Positions 57,425 to 64,000 of a stretch of DNA of 64,000 bases are shown piece after piece. The translations under genes and the position numbers were made by a program. Positions within the stretch are counted from its first letter, which is position 1. The number at the start of each line of letters is the position of its first letter. This DNA comes from a virus. Below the pieces are notes generated by a model. It made no database searches. It was not told the DNA's origin and worked only from the letters and a program-made list of their open reading frames with translations. The stretch spans positions 64,001 to 128,000 of the IMG/VR virus record IMGVR_UViG_3300042198_000079; one strand, written 5' to 3'.

Positions 57425-58870
57425 TTCTTGGGTATTCTCGTCATAAAAAGATACAATTCTTAATATTTTTCTTTTTTCTCTTTCTGCGATTTTTTGCATT
57501 TTTTCTATTTCTGTTTCGTAATATTTTTCAGGATCTTTTTTATATTTTGAAATTACTTCATCTGAAAATATTTTATTTAATTCTTCACTAATATCATCTT
57601 CTGCTGTGGGGTTAAGCACATGTTTAGATCCTATACTAAATAATTCGCTTGGGGGGAGGATTTCATAAAACGTGTCTTCTAAGCGTTGTTTAAAAATATT
57701 AAGAATTTTGTCTAAAAATGATTTTATCACTAGAATATCAGTTTCATTTTTCAATTTATTTATCAAATCTTTTCTAAATTTTACACACTCCTCAAAAAGT
57801 GGTATTAAATCTGTAAGGTTACTTCTTCTTAAGAAATGGATAACCACATCGGGTTTTTCATTTTCCAATACATTTAATATAGTATGAGCGATTTTGGTAT
57901 TATTGTGAAATTTTTGTAATACAAAATCAGTAATCTCAGTAATTTCTAAAAATTTAATAATTTTGTCTTTTTCTTCTTTTTCTTTCAACCCATTTATAAA
58001 ATTATTATATGAAAACTTATGTATTTCGTCTAATTTTTTATATAATTCGTTATTTTTTATTGCATTTATCAAATCGTTTTTTGTTTCAAATTTTCTTCTT
58101 TTATTACCATGTGAAAAAAGACTAGAATATATCTGTGTAGGATAATTAGGTATTTCTATTTTATCTATAAAATATTTATTATGATAAAATTTATAAATAT
58201 TTTTGATATTATAAACTGGAAGTATTGCCTTCCTGAAATCCGAATTTGTAAAATATTCTACCATCTCCCCAAATCCCGTTCCTGTTTTATTTCGTTTTCT
58301 CCTTGTAAATATATGACCAAGTTCATGAGACACAGCACTGACACATTCAGAATTTAATTCGTCTAATCCCTCTATAATTTTATTTTTTGTATTAGGAATT
58401 GTTAGCGGATCGATATCTAGAATTGCGCCTTTATTTAACAAATATTTTATTGTTATTTGTATTGTATCTTGATCTTCATAAATAATATATTTGCCTTTTT
58501 TGTGTTTTGCAATTGGAACTTGTGTAGATGCACCTCTCATGACAATTTTTTTATCTTTATGTAAATTTCCCAACGAATCAAAATTTTCTATAAAATCAAT
58601 TGTTATTCGGTATGTTAATTTATTAAATATTTTATCTCCTATTACAAATTCATCGCCAGCATTACATACATATTGACCATCTATTATAGATGAAGTCCGG
58701 TCATTATTATAGAACTTATTAAAATCCATGATTACTGATCTATTATTTCGGTTTAAATCCTCTATAATTTTATCATATATTATTGTGTATATTCTTTCTG
58801 ATACTTCGTGTATTTTTGGAAAAATCCCTCTGGCTTCTGATAAAAGCAAATATTCTTTAAATGTTTTCAT
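57410..58870 (-). CDS. Leader-tagged HExxH metallopeptidase-like protein
   Basis: MKTFKEYLLLSEARG; VSHELGH and downstream YFIDKIE. TATAAATA at 58878-58885. Confidence 0.65.
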   Translation of the reverse strand: MKTFKEYLLLSEARGIFPKIHEVSERIYTIIYDKIIEDLNRNNRSVIMDFNKFYNNDRTSSIIDGQYVCNAGDEFVIGDKIFNKLTYRITIDFIENFDSLGNLHKDKKIVMRGASTQVPIAKHKKGKYIIYEDQDTIQITIKYLLNKGAILDIDPLTIPNTKNKIIEGLDELNSECVSAVSHELGHIFTRRKRNKTGTGFGEMVEYFTNSDFRKAILPVYNIKNIYKFYHNKYFIDKIEIPNYPTQIYSSLFSHGNKRRKFETKNDLINAIKNNELYKKLDEIHKFSYNNFINGLKEKEEKDKIIKFLEITEITDFVLQKFHNNTKIAHTILNVLENEKPDVVIHFLRRSNLTDLIPLFEECVKFRKDLINKLKNETDILVIKSFLDKILNIFKQRLEDTFYEILPPSELFSIGSKHVLNPTAEDDISEELNKIFSDEVISKYKKDPEKYYETEIEKMQKIAEREKRKILRIVSFYDENTQELTPI

Positions 58871-58922
58871 TTACATTTATTTATATTCGTAAATATAAAT
58901 AAATATATAATAAAGTCTATTT

Positions 58923-59177
58923 ATGGACAAAAATCAACTGGAAGATTTGAAAGAATTGGGTAAAAATTATAAAAATGAATGGGCTTTTTTATGCAAACAT
59001 AAAGTTTTTATGGACAATATTCTTGACAAACTGCCATGGCACATGGTAATATTAGCAGAAGTTTTATTGGCTCATAAAGAAGTATCATTATGGGCGGACT
59101 TTGAAAAAAATTATCTATCAAAAGTAAAATCCAAACTCAAACAACACGTAACACAATATAGCGATGATTATCTATAA
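58923..59177 (+). CDS. Hypothetical protein
   Basis: 84-aa ORF downstream of TATAAATA at 58894-58901. Confidence 0.55.
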   Translation: MDKNQLEDLKELGKNYKNEWAFLCKHKVFMDNILDKLPWHMVILAEVLLAHKEVSLWADFEKNYLSKVKSKLKQHVTQYSDDYL

Positions 59178-59937
59178 TGAAGATTGTATAACAACGATGA
59201 ATAGACTGGAATTGCAAGATTCTGTGAATTTTATTATTTGCAGTCCGCCTTATGGAAATTGTAGAACTTATGAAAATCTTGGATTGGCTAGTTTCGATTT
59301 TCATAAAATCGCACAAGGAACTTTAAATGTTTTAAAAGAAGGTGGAGTAATTGCATGGATTGTTGGAGACACAACAGAAAATGGAAGCGAAACAGGAATA
59401 CCGTTTGAACAAGCATTATATTTTAAGAGTCTTGGGTATCGTCTACACGACACAATGATTTATCAAAAGAATAATTTTAGCAATCCGTCCAAAACTCGGT
59501 ACCATCAAATTTTCGAATATATTTTTCTATTCTCCAAAGGTGTTCCGAAAACATTTAATCCAATAAAAGATAGGAAAAATAAATACGGAGGAAAGGTGGG
59601 AAGTTGGGGAAAGAATACAGTTCGTCAAAAAGACGGATCATTTTTAGAAAGAAAGAAAAAAATAAATTCTGAATATGGAATGAGATATAATATTTGGAAA
59701 TACAAAACCTCTAAAAATGGACAAGAGGACGATATTGCATATAAACACCCAGCAATTTTTCCGATAAATTTAGCACAAGATTTAATCATATCATTTACAA
59801 ATCCGGGTGATCTAGTTTACGATCCATTAGCTGGAAGTGGCACTTCTTTAAAAGCCGCGAAAGATTTAAATAGACAATATATTGGAAGTGAGATAGTATC
59901 TAATTATTGTGATATAATAAACGAGAGGTTGTCATAA
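59164..59937 (+). CDS. DNA N4-cytosine/N6-adenine methyltransferase (beta class)
   Basis: CSPPY precedes HPAIFP and DPLAGSGT; no cognate restriction nuclease adjacent. Confidence 0.93.
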   Translation: MIIYNEDCITTMNRLELQDSVNFIICSPPYGNCRTYENLGLASFDFHKIAQGTLNVLKEGGVIAWIVGDTTENGSETGIPFEQALYFKSLGYRLHDTMIYQKNNFSNPSKTRYHQIFEYIFLFSKGVPKTFNPIKDRKNKYGGKVGSWGKNTVRQKDGSFLERKKKINSEYGMRYNIWKYKTSKNGQEDDIAYKHPAIFPINLAQDLIISFTNPGDLVYDPLAGSGTSLKAAKDLNRQYIGSEIVSNYCDIINERLS

Positions 59938-59957
59938 ATATAAATATAAATATCTGT

Positions 59958-61022
59958 GTGTTGACTTTTAAAAAATATCTCTTAAATGAACGAATTGGAG
60001 CTATAGAGGACAGGGATGATGATGGGGAGTATAAAGAATTTAGAACCATTATAAACGAAATATGGGGATTGATCCTAGATTGGTCAAAAGGAGTTTTTCC
60101 TTATGATGAGTTAAAAGTTAAAGATAAAGGAATTTCAACAAAGTTAATAAAATTAACTTTAGATTTAACCAAGGTAAAATCGCTTGGGGTGTTTTACCCC
60201 AAATTGTTTAGAGATAAATCTGTAAAAGATGATCTTAATGTTGAAACGGTGTTGATTCATTCTTTTGGAAAGTTAGACATTTTCGAACAACTTTTTAATG
60301 CCTTATCAATAACTCACGATAAGAAGGTTGTTGAATTAATTGATGAGTTATTGACCCTTTACATGGGAAGCGTCAGAACTAGTGGAAATATATCTTTTGA
60401 TGATGAAACGGGAGAATACACTATAAAATGCTTACTCGTTACTAAAGAAATATCATTAGATAATAACAACTTCAATCCTTCTCTATACGACTTTATAAAA
60501 AGCAATGAGAACTTTGAATACATTTTTAGAGAAGAGTGCAGACATTTTTTACAAAATCTCTTAATAAGCAAGACTTCTCTATCTAAAAATTTTGATAAGT
60601 TAGAAGATTATTTAATAGATCCTTATGAAATTGGTGCTAAAATAGAAGAAGGGTTGTTGAAGTTGGATAAAATTTTAGCCATTGATAAATTTTATAGAAT
60701 GTTTCTAGATATGTTACCATACTTCGATAAGTATGAATTTTTTTCTAAAGTGGTATCCTCTATACTTACAGATTTTTGGACTAAGACAACTGAGGATGTT
60801 AGGCATATACATAATTATATACATAGAAAAAATCCAACAAAAGTTGACGAAATAGAGCATTTAGTTTATATTGAAGTTATAGAACCTTTTCTTTTTACAA
60901 GTCTTCTACCACATATAAAAGAATACGTTGATAAATTTAGAGAAGAAGAATTGGGGAAGGACTGGGATAATATAGAAAATAATATTTCTTGGGAATTTTT
61001 TAAAAAGATTAAAGAATTATGA
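59958..61022 (+). CDS. Leader-tagged protein, degenerate metallopeptidase-like
   Basis: MLTFKKYLLNE; REECRH followed by YLIDPYEIGA. Tandem TATAAATA at 59939-59952. Confidence 0.6.
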   Translation: MLTFKKYLLNERIGAIEDRDDDGEYKEFRTIINEIWGLILDWSKGVFPYDELKVKDKGISTKLIKLTLDLTKVKSLGVFYPKLFRDKSVKDDLNVETVLIHSFGKLDIFEQLFNALSITHDKKVVELIDELLTLYMGSVRTSGNISFDDETGEYTIKCLLVTKEISLDNNNFNPSLYDFIKSNENFEYIFREECRHFLQNLLISKTSLSKNFDKLEDYLIDPYEIGAKIEEGLLKLDKILAIDKFYRMFLDMLPYFDKYEFFSKVVSSILTDFWTKTTEDVRHIHNYIHRKNPTKVDEIEHLVYIEVIEPFLFTSLLPHIKEYVDKFREEELGKDWDNIENNISWEFFKKIKEL

Positions 61023-61160
61023 AAAAGATATACTACAGACAATGCACAATGGAACGAACAATAAATGGTTCGACACATCATCATATAGCAGGTTTGGGAA
61101 AATGGTTGGAAGGTAACAACTGTCGGAGATTCTAAAAGAGAAGAGTCTGAAGATAATTAA
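61019..61160 (+). pseudogene. Probable internally deleted small phage gene
   Basis: MKKIYYRQCTMER... in one frame and ENGWKVTTVGD...* in another. Confidence 0.3.
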
Positions 61161-61168
61161 TATTAATA

Positions 61169-61574
61169 ATGTTGTCATTTAAGTGTTATTTTATAGAATC
61201 TACCACTTCTGATATTAGACCAGCAACCTCAGACGATTATGACCTAGTTTCTAAATTAGAAAAGGAAAATTATCCAGACGATCCTTGGATTGGAAGTCTT
61301 GAAGAGTTTGAAAATGTTCTGTTAAGTTTCTATTGGAGGACCACATGCAAAGGAAATGTTACAATTCTTTTTAAGAATCCCTAGTAAAGTAAATCGCTAT
61401 TATACTCATTCTTTTGACAAAAATACTGGCAAGACCGACTGGTTTGAAAAAATAGAATTTTTAAAAGATAATGGATTTGTAGATATTGGACCGGGCGACC
61501 AATCCAAAGAATCGGTTCCGTGGGCATATGATCTTAGTAAAATGCGCGAATTAGAATATATAACAATAGACTAA
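61169..61574 (+). pseudogene. Leader-tagged GNAT-like gene split by a frameshift or deletion
   Basis: MLSFKCYFIE..IRPATSDDYDLVSKLEKENYP (61169..61384) and IEFLKDNGFVDIG (61356..61574) lie in different frames. Confidence 0.5.
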
Positions 61575-61604
61575 AAAAGTTTTTCGATAATATAAATATA
61601 TAAA

Positions 61605-64000
61605 ATGCTTTCTTTTAAAAAATTTATACAACAAAAAGATTATTGCAGTCGAAGAATATTAGAAGCGTCAGATTTCGTATTAGATGGCGCAAAAATTAGA
61701 AAAAGTATAGAGAATATAAAGGAAAGACCTTTTAATGAATTATTTGGTAATAAAGACCGATTTCTAGTAAAAGCATTTAATCCTGTATTTTTACAGTATA
61801 TGGAACTATTTGATTTAAATCAAAATAATTTTGATTTAAAAAAAGGAGTTTATATAGAAAACGGTAAAAGAATGAGATACGGAAATATAATTAAAGACAG
61901 AACCCAAAAAAATGTATCTATTACACCAAAAGAAGTTAGACAACTAAAACACTTATTAAAACAAAAGCAAATATATGCACATTTGCTTTTTTCAAGACAT
62001 CCTATGGATGTAATAAGAATGAGCGATATAAATAAAATAAGCTCTTGTCATTCTCCTTATGGATCGAAGTTCGATTGTGCAATAACAGAATCACAAAACA
62101 ACGGAGGTATTGTTTTTATAATAAACGAAAGAGACAAAAAAAATGTTGAAAAAAATTTAGACATTGAGGATCTCTTTGAAGATCGAGATCGGAATATTAA
62201 AGGTTTTGTCACTCCATTGGCGCGAGTTAGACTTAGGAGGTTTGTGGATGTTTTAGAAGAATGTGATTTTGCAGTACCTGAAAAAAGATATTATGTTCCT
62301 GACGGAGATATGATGGGATATAGCGGGTTTTATAGTAATATAGTTCTAGATTATTGTAGAAAAAATCAAAAAATTTTTAAAGATTCTCCTTCAGATAAAT
62401 ACATAAGTGAAAATATTTTTCATACTGGAGGAGATTATACCGATACTCCATATCTTGAGTTATTAAATAATTTTTTTGACAGGGATACCGTTCAAGGACT
62501 TGGCGGAAGTTATGGTTCTTTTGCCGAAATTCCTTTTGAACGCTTGCCATTTGCAAAAGAAAAATATTTATTATTAAGAAATAGCAAAAATATTCTAAAA
62601 GAACTTAAACCTTATATTGGTAAAGATTATACAGCATTGTTTAGTCTTATGAAATTTTCTATAAATATTGGAGAATATTTAGATGCTGTTTTTTTAGAAA
62701 AAGTTATACCTTTGTATATTAAACAATGTATTGCCAAAAACAGACAACCTTGTATTTCAGGCCATAGAGGATTATTTATTTTTCTAAAAATATATAATTT
62801 GTTAATTGAAACGAATTCTACTTCGTCTTCTTCTGAATTATTAGCAAACATTATTATAAAATATTTATCCACACCTTCTTATCTCTATGGTCCGCCATTT
62901 GTAATGGATTTTTATACAAATGGGCAAGACTTTTGGTTTCAAAACATGAGAATTCCATCAGATTATAATGATTTTATAGTAAATATGAAAAAATTCATAG
63001 CTAATAATAAAGAAAAAATAATAAATTTGATAAATAATACACAAATACCCCTTTTCAACATAATTTATTTTTATAGAACATTGAGGGTAAGTGTTGGCGA
63101 TTATGACGGTTTAACACATTCAAATATTAAAAACGAAAGCATTAAATTTATATTATCGGAAACAAAACAAAAATTTATATCTTTAACCGTAAAAAGTATA
63201 TGTCTACATTTAGTATGGGCTAACTTCCATTTGGACAATTTATTTTACGATAATAAAAATATAGGCGAAAATGATATGATATATTTTTACTCTCCTAGCG
63301 ACGATGCAGTAATTAATTTTTCTGATTTAGATAAAAAAGAAAAACTATCGAATATTTTATTTCCTACACTTTTGGACACTTTAAATCAAATAATTTATTC
63401 CAAATATACTCATCTAAACTTAGATTATTATTTAAATAGATTTATTCTTCTTTGTCGTATTGTATTTAAAGATAACAAAATAATCTATAATAATATTATA
63501 GATTATTTTGTAAACGATATTATACCTGGAAGTGTAGAACTGAAGCAAACCACCACTATAATCACTCGTGAAAATATTTATGGAATTATTCGTTTATTTT
63601 TGCTACACTCTTTATTAAGCGAATCTCAAATTAAAAAAATAAAGTCGAAATTAATAGAATGCGATATTAATTATATAAAGCATAGTATGCATGATTCTTT
63701 TAAACATAGTTTAAATGGTTGCCTCTTTGAATATTATTTAAAAGATTTATATTTTTATTCTTTTTTCGTTAAATATTTGAATAATAATAGACATAATGAT
63801 TATTTTATTCCATTTTCTTTAAATGAAGAAGAAATAAAAACATATGAAGATTTGATTATGTTATGGATATTCGATAGAGATTTAAATCAGGAAGGACAAT
63901 CAATACGTAGATTATATGATGATGGTAGTAGAACTTTTTCTTATGTTAATATACAAGTGGTTAGCAATAATAATAATATTGAAGAAGGAATACCAATACC
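61605..64000 (+). CDS. Large leader-tagged protein with a PcfJ-like motif; runs off the window (not in ORF track)
   Basis: TATAAATA at 61591-61598, ATG 61605. MLSFKKFIQQ..RILE; SRHPMDVIRMSD..SSCHSP..CAITE..PLARVRLRRF..VPEKRYY. Frame is open where checked (start, middle, end). Confidence 0.75.
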   Translation, partial: MLSFKKFIQQKDYCSRRILEASDFVLDGAKIRKSIENIKERPFNELFGNKDRFLVKAFNPVFLQYMELFDLNQNNFDLKKGVYIENGKRMRYGNIIKDRTQKNVSITPKEVRQLKHLLKQKQIYAHLLFSRHPMDVIRMSDINKISSCHSPYGSKFDCAITESQNNGGIVFIINERDKKNVEKNLDIEDLFEDRDRNIKGFVTPLARVRLRRFVDVLEECDFAVPEKRYYVPDGDMMGYSGFYSNIVLDYCRKNQKIFKDSPSDKYISENIFHTGGDYTDTPYLELLNNFFDRDTVQGLGGSYGSFAEIPFERLPFAKEKYLLLRNSKNILKELKPYIGKDYTALFSLMKFSINIGEYLDAVFLEKVIPLYIKQCIAKNRQPCISGHRGLFIFLKIYNLLIETNSTSSSSELLANIIIKYLSTPSYLYGPPFVMDFYTNGQDFWFQNMRIPSDYNDFIVNMKKFIANNKEKIINLINNTQIPLFNIIYFYRTLRVSVGDYDGLTHSNIKNESIKFILSETKQKFISLTVKSICLHLVWANFHLDNLFYDNKNIGENDMIYFYSPSDDAVINFSDLDKKEKLSNILFPTLLDTLNQIIYSKYTHLNLDYYLNRFILLCRIVFKDNKIIYNNIIDYFVNDIIPGSVELKQTTTIITRENIYGIIRLFLLHSLLSESQIKKIKSKLIECDINYIKHSMHDSFKHSLNGCLFEYYLKDLYFYSFFVKYLNNNRHNDYFIPFSLNEEEIKTYEDLIMLWIFDRDLNQEGQSIRRLYDDGSRTFSYVNIQVVSNNNNIEEGIPI

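Noticed and set aside
59164-59937. Restriction-modification system
   Set aside because: The methyltransferase is an orphan; neighbouring ORFs show no restriction nuclease motifs.
1-64000. Alternative genetic code (stop-codon reassignment)
   Set aside because: Core genes are full length under the standard code. The stops I checked are TAA or TGA, and the few in-frame breaks are TAA, which also ends most genes.
1-64000. tRNA, rRNA or CRISPR array
   Set aside because: I saw no cloverleaf, rRNA-like tract or regularly spaced repeat-spacer pattern by eye. A covariance search was not possible.

Overview
An AT-rich segment of a large T4-like (myovirus) phage genome. It holds the tail sheath 3' end, major capsid protein, Hsp20 and tail-fibre-type genes, and a T4-like replication/recombination block (gp45, gp32, intein-split gp41, UvsX, gp43, gp46, gp47, gp55, Dda, UvsY, UvsW, gp4). 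It also carries nrdB and a two-intein nrdA, dUTPase, an IF1 homologue, several glycosyltransferases, a MoxR/VWA pair, a subtilisin and a DNA methyltransferase. The main unexplained pattern is about 13 otherwise unrelated genes, mostly at 33-64 kb. Nearly all sit 5-9 nt behind a TATAAATA-type late promoter (so they are essentially leaderless) and all begin with a T4 internal-protein-like capsid-targeting leader (M-x-S/T-F-K-x-Y/F-L-x-E). Their payloads differ: GNAT-like, kinase-like, Nudix, ADP-ribosyltransferase-like, Ntn-hydrolase, metallopeptidase-like and PcfJ-like. I infer a modular library of head-packaged, protease-matured effectors. Two apparent acquisitions are visible: a GC-rich polyvalent-protein fragment grafted onto an AT-rich leader, and an 820-bp cassette bounded by a duplicated promoter. 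All protein-family calls come from motif recognition by eye; no searches were run.
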